From assembly GCF_009914755.1 (NCBI RefSeq), contig NC_060947.1: a stretch of DNA of 64,000 nucleotides. One strand, given 5' to 3'. Under the pieces are notes generated by a model that made no database searches, had not been told where the DNA came from, and saw nothing but the letters and a program-made list of their open reading frames with translations. The position numbers and the translations under genes are program-made. Every line of letters starts with the position of its first letter. Within the stretch, counting starts at the first letter, position 1. Positions 30,001-45,468 of the stretch are shown here, piece by piece. The stretch is from the human T2T-CHM13v2.0 reference genome, Homo sapiens.

Positions 30001-30980
30001 AGATGATGGGTTGGCAGGTGCAGCAAACCACCGTGGCACACGTTTACCTATGTAACAAACCAGCACATCCTGCACATGTAGCCTATAACTTAAAAAAAAA
30101 CACCCACTTCAAACAGAAAAGAATTATTTTTAACACTCCTTTTAAATAAAAATTTAACACACACACAACTAAAAAAATAAAAAATATTGGCATGGATGTG
30201 GAGAAATGGGAACACTTATACATTATTGGTGGGAATGTACATTAGTACAGCCATTTTGGAGAATAGTAAGAAAGTTCTTCAGAAAAATGAAAATAGAACT
30301 GTCATATAATCCAGTAATCCCACTACTGGGTACTATCCCAAAGAAATGAAATTGGTATATTGAAGAGATAGCTGTACTCCCATGTTTATTGAAGCACTAT
30401 TCGCAATAGCCAAGATTTAGAAACAACATGCCACTCAACAGATGAATGGATAAAGAAACTGTTACACATATATACAATGGAATACTGTTAGCCATAAAAA
30501 AGAATAAAATCTGTCATTTGCAGCAACCTTCAGGAACTGGGAGAACATTATGTTAAGTGAAATAAGCCAGGGACAGAAAGACAAATATAGGATGATATCA
30601 CTCATCTGTGGAATTTTTTTAAAAAAATAAACTGATCTCATAGAACCACAGAGTAGAAGACCAGATACTAGAGACTGGGGAAGGGTGGAGAAAGGTGGAG
30701 ACTGGGAGAGATTGGTCAATGAGTAGAAAATTACAGACAGGAGGAACAGGTTCTGGTGTTCTATTGCATATTAGGATGGCTATAGTCAACATTATTGTAT
30801 GTGTATGTCAAAATAACTAGAAGAGAAAATTTTGAATCTTCTCACAACAAAACATTTTGATATTTAAGGTGATGTAAAAGCTAATTACCCTAATTTTTAT
30901 TACACAATGTATACACATATGAAAAAAATCACATTGTACCCTCTAAGTATGTACAATTATGTGTCATTTAAAAATAAAAC
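27100..30980 (+). mobile_element. L1MA4-6-like element: most of ORF2 plus 3'UTR, degenerate
   Basis: Continuous ORF2 homology ('gatgcagaaaaagcacttgataa', 'ctgcatatgacataatc', 'aagaacaaagctggaggcatc'). L1MA 3' end 'cacattgtaccc...gtacaattatgtgtcatttaaaaataaaa'. Confidence 0.9.
29646..30100 (+). mobile_element. Short older L1PA insertion with 5' inversion (minus 29646 to about 29887, plus about 29888-30100), nested in the L1MA
   Basis: Antisense ORF2-end/3'UTR sequence switches to sense 3'UTR ('aacacacaaggacatggaggggaac...') and ends in an A-run at 30092-30100. Confidence 0.88.
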
Positions 30981-32122
30981 ATTTTAAGAAATAGATGAAA
31001 CATTTTCAAGGAGATTTGTGAAGGAAACAGTGACTTTGCTACCTAGTATGCATTCAGCCTTCCTCTCCCCTTCTGGAAAAGATCATGTGATTTCTTTGGG
31101 GAAACTACCACTTTTTACTATCAGGCCAGGTTGTTGGATGGTGTTGTCATCTAGCAATATTTGAGAAACCGATTCCTCTTGTCAACGTTCTTGATTCATG
31201 CATGACCATATGACACAAACAAAACCAATGGTAATATTTTGAGTCTTTATGTGAAAATTCACTAATAAAGAATATTGCTTAGGTTTTTTAACCATCATTA
31301 GACACAATGCTGTTTCTGGGAACCATCACATGAAACAAAAAAAAGCAGGAGCAGCAGAGCCAAGTGAAACTGTGTCCTACATTGTGGCTGCTGCTGCTGC
31401 TTTTGTTATAGGCATCAATGAATTCAAGTACTGTGTCAGCCTGAGTTCCATTTCTTTTACTTTTGTCACTTTATATAGAAATGTCCCTACAGCATACAAG
31501 ATGTTTACAAGTGTCAAATACAAAAAGAATAATAAGATATGAAGACACAGACCTATTTAGCAATGAAATTATTTGTAAAGTTGACCAGAGATTTTTTTGT
31601 TGTTCACATTTACGAATGTAAAAGACATGAATTGCATCCAGCCATCATAGATTGTTCTACCAAATAAGCCAGGAGATGGAAAAAGTAAAGAAGTGGGTTT
31701 TATAAGGGGTTAGTAAGCATTAGTATCAAAATGAATGCCTAGAAATTTGGATTCTCAATGTCAGAATTATAGTATTTTTGTAAGAAGAGTCCCATCAGAT
31801 GTTAAGTCTACTTGTATTCAACTATAAATCAGAGAAGTATCAGTGTAAATGTAAAAATTCATGTTTTGTGCTCACAATGATATCTTTTCTACCACCAAAA
31901 ATGCATGTTTTAAAACATCTTTAACATTTCAGGGTCTTCTATTATGTTATTTACATATATCACTTTTATATTTTATTCCAAATACTATAATTTCAGCAAA
32001 ACAGTATAGAAAATTTGCTTGTATTACATGGTGAAGGATGAGACGTGTGTAATAACTCATTATGATATACTTAATAGACCTGTCCTTGGTACCAGCAAAA
32101 GTAAAAAGCAGCATTAAATGGA

Positions 32123-32409
32123 TTTTTTTTTTTTTTTTTTTAGATGAAGTCTCGCTTTTTCTCCCAGGCTGGGGTGCAGCTCACTGCAACCTCCGCTTCC
32201 CAGGTTCAAGCAAGGCTCACGCCTCAGCCCTCCAAGTAGCTGGGATTACAGGCACACGCCACCACACCTGGCTAATTTTTGCATTTTTAGTAGAGATGGG
32301 GTTTCACCATGTTGGCCAGGCTCGTCTGGAACTCCTGACCTCAAGTGATCTGCCTGCCTCAGCCTCCCAAAGTCCTGGGATTACAGGCGTGAGCTGCCAC
32401 ACCCAGCCC
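32123..32409 (-). mobile_element. AluS with a deletion of about 13 nt in the right arm
   Basis: Poly(T) at 32123-32142. 'ggtgcag|ctcactgc' lacks the usual tggcgcgatctcg. Confidence 0.92.
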
Positions 32410-34358
32410 TGAGATATCTTCAAGAATTAACAAGTTATGATGGAAAGAATAGCAAATAAATTGTAAAAAATGTTAAATATAAAACCATAACAAATTTTGA
32501 CATCTATTTTACCTGAGAGTATATCTTCAAAATATATGTTTCAGTCCCTTGTGGTTATTTTAAAAAGTTAATGTATTCAATTAAAAATATTGTACTTTAC
32601 AGAGATAAAATTTTCAGGAATCTTGTTTCTGGGTACACTAAACCATTTCTTACTTTGATACGTTAAGCACCTCACGTATTGTTTTAGTTATTTTGGATAA
32701 TTGGAATCTAGTATTTAAACTAAAAGGCTTTCAATAACACACAGGTAACAAAACAAGCATCCACTAAATTTATGTATTTTATAACAATTCATAATGAGTC
32801 TTAGGGAAGTGTTATAATAGAATCACATTACACAATTCATACCAAAAAAGGACTACAGAAAAATGCAACTTTTATTTAAAATAAGAGGGATAGAAAAACT
32901 CCATTTTTTACATTTGCTTAAATGAAGAAAATTTAAAAATGTTTATTTAATTCATTTATGTGGTTAGAGCAACAAAGAATGCAAAACAGGAAGGAAACAG
33001 CAGGCCTACTTTATACAAACAACACAAGGAAACTCCTTATTTTTGTAAAACTCTACATAAGAAACCCTATAGCAAATGTCATACTAAAAAGGGAATTTTG
33101 GATGCAGTTTCTTTAAGATTGGCTAAAATATAAGGATTCCTATTAGGTTTACACATATTACTAGAGATCTTGTTCAATGCAATAACAGAATAAATAGATA
33201 TAAGGGCTATAAGAATAGGAAAAGTAGACATATATCTGTCATTACTAAGAAAAAATTTTGCCAAGCAAACTACTGGTCACTTAAAGAAATTTTTTCCTCT
33301 CTTTCTGCATTTAAATACAAAGCATTGAAGTTACTATTTTTGTCTGTTTCTGGAGAGCTAAAACTGATGTTTGTGCTCTTATTAGAAGCACATTTTTACA
33401 TGTCTTTGATTAAGCTTATTAATTATGTTATTCAAGTTATTCATGATAATTTTGGTCACTGTAAATCTTTGCTTTTAGGGGGTAGTTAAGTTTCTCAACT
33501 AAAATAGATGATTATATTCCTTTTGGAATTTCTATCACAGTGCTTTTATATGTTTATAAAATTGAGTTGCTATGTATAGCTATGTTCATTGTCATTGATA
33601 AGAATTTAAAAATTATACTGTCCTTTATCTAGAAACTATCTTAACAAAAAAGGCAAGACAACTGTTATAAACCTGTTCATAACCTACCAAGGAAAATAAA
33701 ACTAGATATGTTTGTTGAATTTAGTAAATCTGCATGTTTAAAATTCTTCACATATTAAAATGTTCTACCATCCTTATTTTTCTGTTACTTAACTAATTAG
33801 TACCCATGCTACTATTTCTTTTTCCCCTACAATTATAATGTATCTATATATTTTGATTTATCCCAATTAACATCTAATTAACCCATTCATCATCAATTTA
33901 TAATGTGAGGAAATTTTTCATTGTAATTTCTGCAAATATTTTTTCTAACTCATTTATTTTCCTCACTATTTTGGAATCTACATAAGTTAGAGAAGTCTAT
34001 GATTTAACTGTACCTTCTCATTTTGAAGAAAAGACTGACAAATTTATAAAAAAAAAAAAAAAACCCTCATCTTACCAGTAACTAGTTCTCCAGAAATTAT
34101 TATTTGGTTATTCAACTCACCTAAGTTTTTTATTTTCACTATTATTTCTGTAAAGGTATTTTCAAATTATTCATTTTTGTAATGATGTGCTTCTTTCCAA
34201 TTAAAGTTATAATCATACTTCTTTATATCTTTGAGAGTATTTATAAGTTGTTTTACATTCTTGTTTTATTTGGTCCACTAAACATGTTTGTATAGTATAA
34301 GATGCTCCTTTTGTTGTCTTTGTAAGGTTATATCTTTTTTTTCTCTGTTTACTACTAA

Positions 34359-34675
<317 letters not shown>

Positions 34676-35989
34676 TGTATCGGTATCTTGTTTGAAAATC
34701 TATATTAAATAATAAGCACTAAAGCTTTCCCTAAGCTTGTGCCCCCTCTGGTGAGTTTATGGAGTAAATCCGAACATATGTCTCAAGATGGAATCCTCTA
34801 GAGGTATAGTCTGGGCTCAATCAGTCCCCATCCATCACTTTTCATTAGCAGATGCAGTTTTTAGAGAATTTACAAATGAGCCTTCTTCTGGAGGGCCATG
34901 TTTTGCATTGATATGGGTAAGAAGAGGGATGCCAGGGATATGGCTAGCATGCTTTCTCCTATTATTCATTCCTGCTGCAACCAGACTCAGGAGCCACTTT
35001 GACTCTGACCAGTAGTAGACTAATTCTTCTGTTTCTTTGTCAAGTGGACTTTTAACAGAATGGGGAAAATTCTAAACCAACTGTATAAAGCATTGAATTT
35101 CAATCCAAAACATATTTAGAATATACTCAAATTTTATAAAAGAAGCCAACTTCAAACGATTTTTTTTAATCAGGTAAAGTAATCCTGAAATTCACTCTGA
35201 TTTACTTCCTGCACTCTAAAGGAAAAAGGGTGCTAGAAAAAATATTTACCTTTACATATATAAATGAACAGCTTAGCATTAAGGATACAGCCTAATACTC
35301 AATCCCACAACTATCACAGCTAGGAAAGTCATTAAGAGGAAGCTGGTGGTTGAAACCCTGCCAACCTGCATCTATCATTCTCAGTTTTTGCTTTATATTA
35401 GTGGTAAATTTAGTTCCCAATATATAGATTATCTAACTCTGACTAAATTTGTCCAACTTCTTGACCTTTCATGAACTGACAACCCACTGTCACACTTAAG
35501 TCACTTGATAATTGTGACTTTGCTGATCTCTGGCAAGGCCTAAGACTCATGACTTGAAAGCCCTACAGCCAATAAAACTTAATAACTTGCCATTAGGTTT
35601 CTAGTTAAGTCAGACAAATATGTACTTAAAAATTGAAATAGTTTATTAGATTATGTTATTTTATCCTTTTCAGTGTATATCTTTACTTTTAGATAACTAA
35701 TATATACAAAAGGGAACAGGACTGTTGAAAAACTGAGTATTTTTAGTAAGCTATTAAAATTAAGTATATACAAGCGATATTATCTTCACTGTGAAGCTAG
35801 TAACTTAATTATATCAACGTAAGAAAATGTCACAGCATAAAAGGTTTTATTCACAAAGAATTCATTCAAAGACATAGACTATGTGATAGTCTATACACTG
35901 CTATAAAACATTGATTTAATTTGCCTAATAGTCAATATTAAATCTACATGTGTAATTAATAATTTACCATTACCAAAATAATCTTAGTA

Positions 35990-38316
35990 CAGGCTGCCTC
36001 ATTTTACTGTGTTTCACTCTTTTGCACATTGCAGATACTGTGCTTTTTTCAAATAGAAGGTTTGTGGCAACCCTGTGTCAAGCAAGTCTATCGACACCAT
36101 TTCTCCAACAGTGTGTGCTCACATTATGTCTGTGTCACATTTTGCAAATTCTCACAATGTTTCAAGCTTTTCCACTATTAATATATATGGTATGGTGATC
36201 TGTGATCAGTGATATTTGATTTTACTATTGTAATTGTTTTGGGGCACCACAAACCACACTTTTATAAGACAGTAAAACTTAATTGATAAATGCTGTGTGT
36301 GTTCTGACCAGCTGATTCCCATCTCTCTCCCTCTCTTCAGGCCTCCCCATTACATAAGACACAACACTGTTGAAATTAAACCAATTAATAACTCTACAAT
36401 GGCCTCAAAGTTTTCAAATGAAATGAAGAGTCACATATCTTTCTCTTCAAATCGAAAGCTAGAAATGATTATGCTTTGTGAAGAAGGAATGTTGAAAGCC
36501 AAACTAGGTGAAAAGCTAGGCCTCTCACACAAAACATTTAGCCAAGATGTGAATGCAAAGGAAAACTTCATGAAGGAAATTAAAAGTGCTACTCCAGTGA
36601 AGACACAAATGTTGAGAATACAAAACAGACTTATTACTATTATGGAAAAAGTTTGAGTGGTCTGGATAGAAGATCAGATCAGCCACATTTCCTTAAGCCA
36701 AAGCCTAATCCAGAGGAAGGCTCTAACTCTCTCCAATTCTATGAAGGCTGATTGATGAGGAAGCTGCAGAATAAAAGGGGGACTTAGCAGAAGTTGGTTC
36801 ATGAGTTTAAAGGAATGTAGCCATCTCCATAAAAGTGCAAGGTGAAGCAGCAAGTGTTGATGAAGAAGCTGCAGCAAGTTATCCAGAAGATCTAGCTAAG
36901 ATCACTGATAATGGTGGCTACACTAAACATCAAATTTTCAACACAGATCAAACAGCCTTCTATTGGAAGACACAACTAAAGACATTCATAGCTAGGAAAA
37001 AAGTCAACACCTGCTTCAAGTCTTCAAAAAGACATGTTGACTCTTGTTAGAATTGTAGCTGATGACTTAAGTTGAAGCTGAAGCTTACTTACCATTCTAA
37101 AAATCCTTAGAAATTATGTTACATCTACTCTCCCTGTGCTCTATAAATGGAACAACAAAGCCTGGGTGACAGCACTTGTGTTTATGACATGATTTACTGA
37201 ACATTTTAATCCAGAAAAAAAGGTTCCTTTCAAAATATTACTGTTCATTGACAATGTACTAGTCACACAAGAGCTCTGATATTAATATTACAGGATATTA
37301 ATATTTTCATGACTGCGAACACAACATCCACTCTACAGCTCATGGATCAAGAAATCATTGTGACGTTCAAGTCTCATTTAAGAAATGATTTTTGAGAGGC
37401 TAGAGCTGCCACAAATAGTGATTTCTATGATGGATCTTGGCAAAGAAAATGTAAAACCTTCTGGAAAGAATTCACCATTCTAGAAGCCACTGAAAACATT
37501 CATGATTCATAGGAGGAGGTCATAATATCAACATTAAGAAAGATTTAGAAGAAGTTGATTCCAGCCCTTATAAATTAGTTTGAGGGGTTCAAGACTTCAG
37601 TGGAGGAAGTCACTGCAAATGTAGTGAAAATAGCAAGAGAACTAGAATTAGAAATGAAGCCTGAGGATGTAACTGAATTGCTGCAATCTCATGATAAAAC
37701 CTGATGGATGAGGATTTACTTCTCATGGATTAGCAAGGAAAGTGGTTTCCTGAGATGAAATCTACTCCTGATGAAGTTGCTATAAACACTGTTGAAATTA
37801 TAACAAAGGATTTAGAATATTAAATAACCTTAGTTAATAAAGCAGTGGCAGTGTTTGAGATTGATTCCAATTTTGAAAGCAATTCTATTGTGAGTAAAAT
37901 GCTATAAAATAGCTCCACATGCTACAGAGAAATCTTTCCTGAAAGGAAGAGTCAATTGATGTGCCTAACTTCATTGTTGTCTTATTTTAAGAAATTGCCA
38001 CAGTCACCCTAACTTTCAGCAACCAATATCCTGATCAGTCAGCAGCCATACATATCGAAGTAACATCCTCCACCAGCAAAAACACTATGACTTCCTGAAG
38101 TGTCAGATAACCGTTTGCATTTTTTAGCAATATTTTAAATTAAGGCATGCACATTGTTACACACAATGCTATTACACACTTAGACTACAGTATAGTGTAA
38201 GTATAAATTTTATATGAACTGGGAAACAAAAAAAAATTTTGTGTGACTCACTATTGTAATATTTGCTTTATTGTGGTGGTTTGAAGCTGAATCTGCAATA
38301 TCTCCAAAGCATGCCA
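35990..38316 (+). mobile_element. Tigger1 DNA transposon, near full length (about 2.3 kb), transposase decayed
   Basis: TA-flanked ends cagg...cctcatttta / atatctccaaagcatgcc. ORFs 36297-36656 (KLEMIMLCEEGMLKA, CENP-B-like HTH) and 36835-37050 ([11 protein letters not shown]...[15 protein letters not shown] domain start). Confidence 0.93.
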
Positions 38317-38709
38317 TATTTTACCTCTAAAAAATAATTTGCGTCATACTTAAAGGACAATGAGGAAAAGAGAAAAATCCCAACAGTTACACATTCCCAA
38401 AGTACATATTTTCTTCTGTATACATCATTTTTCAAGTTGAATGGTATATTATTAATTCCTTAACAAAATATATAAAGAATTTTAGCAATTATTTTTAAAA
38501 ATTGGTACTTTCATATTGGTTGCAAAAAGTTGTATTAGCTCCTTCAAATATATACATCAATTTGTTGCTCAGGGAGGAAAAAAAATCCCTGAAAACTGTA
38601 TAAAATTAGTATGCACATATTTGTAAACAAGTATAGCATCATAACACAGTTCTTTTCTTATCAGTTTTTCCTCTTCAAACGTTGTGTTCTTAAAGCAAGT
38701 CATACATCA

Positions 38710-40260
<1,551 letters not shown>

Positions 40261-40522
40261 CTATAAAGATAAAACACAATTTTGTATATGTTTTACTTAG
40301 GGTTTCTCTTGGTCATTGATGAAAGTTTCTTTCTGGGACATAAACTTTTCACGTTACCTAAGTTCATTTTGAGGTCTGAATATTTTTTAGAATACTTTAC
40401 TTGTTATCTCCTCTTTCTGGTTTTTCCTCTTGCAATCTCACTTATCCATGTTCATCTTGAAGGCACATCTCTCTGGCCAGATCTATAACTCATAAAGGTA
40501 CCTCACGAAGCTTCTTAGGCAA

Positions 40523-40927
40523 TTTTATTTATTTTATTATTATTTCAGTAGTTTGCGGGAAGAGGTGGTATTTGGTTACATGGATAAATTATTTAGTGGT
40601 GATTTCTGAGCTTGTGGTGCACCCATCACCAGAGCAGTGTACACTGCACCCAACGTGTACTCTTTTGTCCCTCACCCATCCCCACTCTTCCTCCCAAGTC
40701 CCAGAAGTCCATTATATCATTCTTATGCCTTTGCATCCTCATAGCTTAACTCCCACTTACAAGTGGGAACATACGATGTTTGGTTTTTCATTCCTGAGTA
40801 CTTCACTTAGAATAATGGCCTCTAACTCCATCCAAGTTGTTACAAATGCCATCATTTCATTCCTTTTTATGGTTGAGTAGTATTCCATGGTGTATATATA
40901 CCACATTTTCTTTATCTACTCATTGTT
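40523..40927 (-). mobile_element. L1PB1-like 3'-end fragment
   Basis: 'ggtggtatttggttacatggataa...tagtggtgatttctgag...gcacccatcacc'. Confidence 0.85.
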
Positions 40928-41429
40928 TATTTAGTCTGGTTTCTTAAAGTATTTATTAACAATTTTACCAAGTCTCTTGGTCCAAACAAAACAAGAGCAT
41001 TAGGACCCTAAGTTATGACTAACTGGCCTATTAATTTGGTACAGTTAATCTTGATCCCTGCTTCTCCCAATCCTCTACACCATTCACCCCCACCATGATT
41101 TATCACCTAGGTAGGATAGGTAATTCTACCAAGGCTCCAGCCTTGCTCAAATAATCCATGGAGAATACTGTTTATAAGAAGCCTACTTGTAAGGCCCAGA
41201 ATGCCTGTTTTGAAAATTCTTCAGTCATTTAAACCAGTTTATACTATATATTTATTGCCATGAGCTCTGTGCCAGCCACATGGCAATATTGTGAGATATT
41301 CTCGTAAGAGAAAAAGAAAACTGGAAGAATGTATTTATTAACTAAAATGTTAACTAGGAACATTTCCTAAGAAGTCATATGATGGCCATAGTTTTATCTG
41401 TGTAATATATCTATTATAAAGACAAATGA

Positions 41430-41660
41430 GAACAGTATATGGTAATCATTAAATGTGAAGGCTCTGGACAGAGACTGCCAAGTGGAAAGTCCTGGTCTAC
41501 AATTTATAAATGGTATACACCCTCAGGAAAGTCAATTGCCAGTCTGTGACTCAGTTTCTTTGTCTGAGAAAAGGACACAGACTGTAGTGAGTATTAATAA
41601 ACTAATATATAGGAACATTTAGAATGATCCCAGGCTGGTAGCAAATAATCTAATTATGAT
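41430..41660 (+). mobile_element. MIR
   Basis: 'ggctctggacagagactgcc...cctggtctac...ctgtgactcagtttctt'. Confidence 0.65.
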
Positions 41661-44600
41661 TAATTAATTAATGACTCACACTATGATACTTTGTATGTTT
41701 AAAAGTGATCCTGAGGGTATATATATTGTGTGGTACATACATAATATATATTGATGTATTAATAGGTCATTTAAAGGTCACATGGATAAATCAATAAATT
41801 TGTATATTAAAACGTATATATACAAAATAATCATATCCTGAGACAGTACATTTTTAAATTACTTGCGTAGTCGTTTTAAAAATCCACCAGAGGAACTCTT
41901 TTATGCATTTCTTCACCCAGAGTGAAAAAGGAGATGTAACTTTTCAAATTCTATTTTTCTTGCTTCATTTTTAGCTGACCAATCATTAAAAAATTATCAA
42001 ACTGGAAAAAAAGCATTTAAACTGAAAATCTCAATCAAAACATAATAAGCAGAACTATAATCCAGTATCAACATATTTTCCTCTGCCTAAAGCTAAAATA
42101 CCTTTTCTTATTAAGAACCATACAAGAATCCCATTCCCCTTGCAAAGGAGGCACATTTATCTGAGGGTAAATTGTGCAATATTACCATCATAATTTCAAA
42201 GGAAAGAATGAAAAGCAAACACAACTCTCAAAATGCTCGGGCTAGTGTTCACTAAATTCTGTTGTCGTAGTTGTTAAAATGATTTCAGGGATAAAAAGAA
42301 AACTGAAAACTAAACCTTTTATATAAGATGCCAATAAAGTTGCTACATCATCTGAGTTACTCAAATCCAGGTTTTATTTCATAAATTTTAACCTAGCAAA
42401 TACTAAATCTTTAATCTTAGCAAGGTTACATAGTATAACTGTAGGTCAACTAGAGCAGACACCAAGAGACCTGGAGTGGGGGACCTCGTTCCACAATGGT
42501 TGAACATACTTGAGAAAATCAATTCAAGTCTCAGTACTTACTGTCAAACTGTCAGAGGAGTTTTAAAGATATATGAGCATAATTCTATACTAGATGAGAG
42601 ATTAGGGCCACATAAACCTATGGATGCTCAGATAAACATCAAAGAATTGTGACATTGACCAAATCAAATTTAACAACACAAACCAGATTTTAAATTTTAA
42701 TACTTAGGGAAGACAAAAAAAATTTCATTAAAATGGTAACCACCAGAAATAATCTGAACTAAGAATCACAATGCTACAATAACATTTGAGAAAACACATT
42801 AATATGACATACTACTAAATTATTTGAAAATATATCACAACAGAATATGAAATACAAATGTAATATTATTTTAAAGGCACTCTAATAAACAAAAGAAAAG
42901 CAACTTCAGCAAATTCAGATGGTTACTTTTTCCTGAAATATATATAAATATTAATGTGCAAATTTTAAAAATATATTTCCATCTTATAATTGAAGCCACA
43001 TCTGAGTAAAGAACCCTGATTAAAGTTTCAGGAATACACATTTGTGAACAATAACAACAAAACAATGGTAACAAGAACTTCTTAGCAAATTACTATATTA
43101 ATGAAGCAAAGAACAAAACCCCAAATGCAACTATTGAGAGCCCAATTGTCATAAGCATACTATTTCTTAAAATTATTGATCTCTGAACTATTTTTCAATA
43201 ACTCACAAGGTCAATAAATGCAGCATGTAGGGACCATTTCAGAGTGTGGGACAAAACCATTCCCGTGCATACACATGATTAGACTAAGTTTCCAATTTAT
43301 TTGGCCTTAGATAACGAACATCAGCAGAAGGTGGGTAGCTACGCAGGGCAGGTTAGTAATTGAGCGAGGACTGGCTTCCTTGCATTCAAGGTTTCTTGTG
43401 AAGGAACACTACCTATGGGAGGGCCAGCATTCCATCTGAGAAGTTACACTCATTGCTTCCTTTTTAGACTCAGGGCTTATATCATAGTTTTAAAGTTTAT
43501 ACCAACAGTGCACTTTCTGAAATGTCAGGGTATATGTACTAATATTTGTTTCTATTAGTGTTTAAAATCAACTCACAAAAGCCACATCATTGAGAGAAAA
43601 CTGAACCAGTGCTGAGGAAGCCTCAATAAATAGCTGTCTCTGTATAAAGACTATTTTCTCAAGAAATAGCCCTCATAATTAATACTCCACAGAATGTGCT
43701 TTGAGGTCTGCCACTCTAAATATTTTGAACTTTAGCCTTGGAGAATAACATTGGTGGTGCTGCACACGTAAAACACTCTGGGCTCCCTACGGATTTGATG
43801 TCACTGTATTTATGAACTTGCAGTCAGAAACAGCCATATGCTATATACTACTGAAATTATTACAGAGCTGTTCTTGAGTGGTATTACCAAACACATAGTA
43901 CACCTTAGTATCAGTACCTACAAAAACTATGGCCTGTATGAGAAATTCATTTTAATCTTTTGGATACTGTAAACCTGTGGAGTATACACATTTAGTTCTT
44001 TTCTTTGGCTGCTAGGAAGCTCAAAGCCCAATTTGTAGCTCACAGCTAGATAACGTGTTGACTCTTATGCTGCTTACCTTCAGATTTACCCATTTCCCTG
44101 CCTTTATCTTCCCTTTGCGCCAATTATATATTTAATATGTTGCCTCAAGTTATTTCAAAAATAATGAAGAGACAATGTGAGTAGAGAGGCAAATATACTG
44201 TTTTATATATTCACATAAATTATGCATATTTATTTTATATATATTTATATAAAATATAATGGGCATTTATTTTACATATGCTTATGTACAGAACTGAGTT
44301 TTTAGCCCAAAAAAATAAAAGTGATAAAGCTATTACTAACCTAATAGGATTAAAGGCATATAATGTAAATGTGCACCTTTATTTAAAGAAATTAAGTAAC
44401 AACAAAAAAGTATGCCGGATCTTGTTTCTGAAGACCTTGATTTGAAATTTTTCATTTTAATACCTAGATGACCTTAGCTGATTAAATTTAATAATATTTA
44501 TAAAAATGTTTTGAATTGTAAAACTCCTTAAGTAATCAAGGTTTTAAGATGCAATATAAATCAATCAAACAAAAAAGTTAGTATGAGTAACACTAGTGGG

Positions 44601-45088
44601 AAGTGAGTTTTTAGGAAGATTCTTCCTTTCCAAGAAAGGCTTGAGGGAGTGAGACACTTGATTTTGAGGAGGCCTCCATGTAAGGTCAGCTGATAGAATT
44701 TACTAGAAATTATATAAGGGTCTTCCACAGCCCTTCTCACTGAAAAAAAAAATCCTTGTAAGAGAATACACCTGGCCTGTCTGATTATCCCTAAGACAGT
44801 AAATTATGGATTTACGAGCCACAGTTGTGTTAGAGAATGGATGTTAATCAGGTAGTCTTTCTTGCAAGGTCTAAAAGAGAGAGAGATCCTGAAAGGAAAT
44901 GGATCATCTGGGCCTGTACAGACCACACAGAATTACTACTCATCAGTCACTGAAACAAACTGTGTGTCAGTGCAGGAACTGGCACCATAGAAAGCTTCAT
45001 CTGCTGGTTTGGGACTTCCCAGCTGCTGGGTTGGTAATATCCCTAATATCCCCCTCTAATCATTAGTAAACCTTGGTGCATGAGGCAT

Positions 45089-45468
45089 TGTACTAGTCCA
45101 TTTTCATGCTGCTATAAAGACATACCCGAGACTGGGTAATTTATAAAGGAAAGATGTTTAATTGACTCACAGTTCTGCGTGGCTGTGGAGGCCTCAGGAA
45201 ACTTGGAATCATGGTGGAAGGGGGTGCAAACACGTCCTTCTTCACCAGGCAGCAAGAGAGACAAGTGCAGAGTGAAGGAGGAAAAGCCCCTTATAAAACC
45301 ATCAGATCTCGTGAGAACTAACTCACTAACAAGAGAACAGCAAGAGGGAACTGCCCCCATGATCACTATCACCTTCCACGAGGTCTCTCCCCCAAGAAGT
45401 GGGGAATTACAATTCAAATTACAATTCAAGATGAGATCTGGGTGAGGATACAGAGCCAGGCCATATGA
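45089..45468 (-). mobile_element. THE1D/MSTA-type solo LTR
   Basis: tgtactagtcc...ccatatga ends. 5-bp TSD ggcat/ggtat. Internal 12-bp tandem duplication aattacaattca. Confidence 0.9.

Noticed and set aside
34739-34754. CTCF-like motif (caccagagggggcac on minus)
   Set aside because: It cannot be aligned to CCASYAGRKGGC without two extra Gs or a poor 5' half. Unsupported without ChIP data.
35874-35894. Short hairpin atagactat-gtg-atagtctat, and a similar 9-bp stem near 23702
   Set aside because: AT-rich 9-bp stems are expected occasionally by chance in 64 kb.
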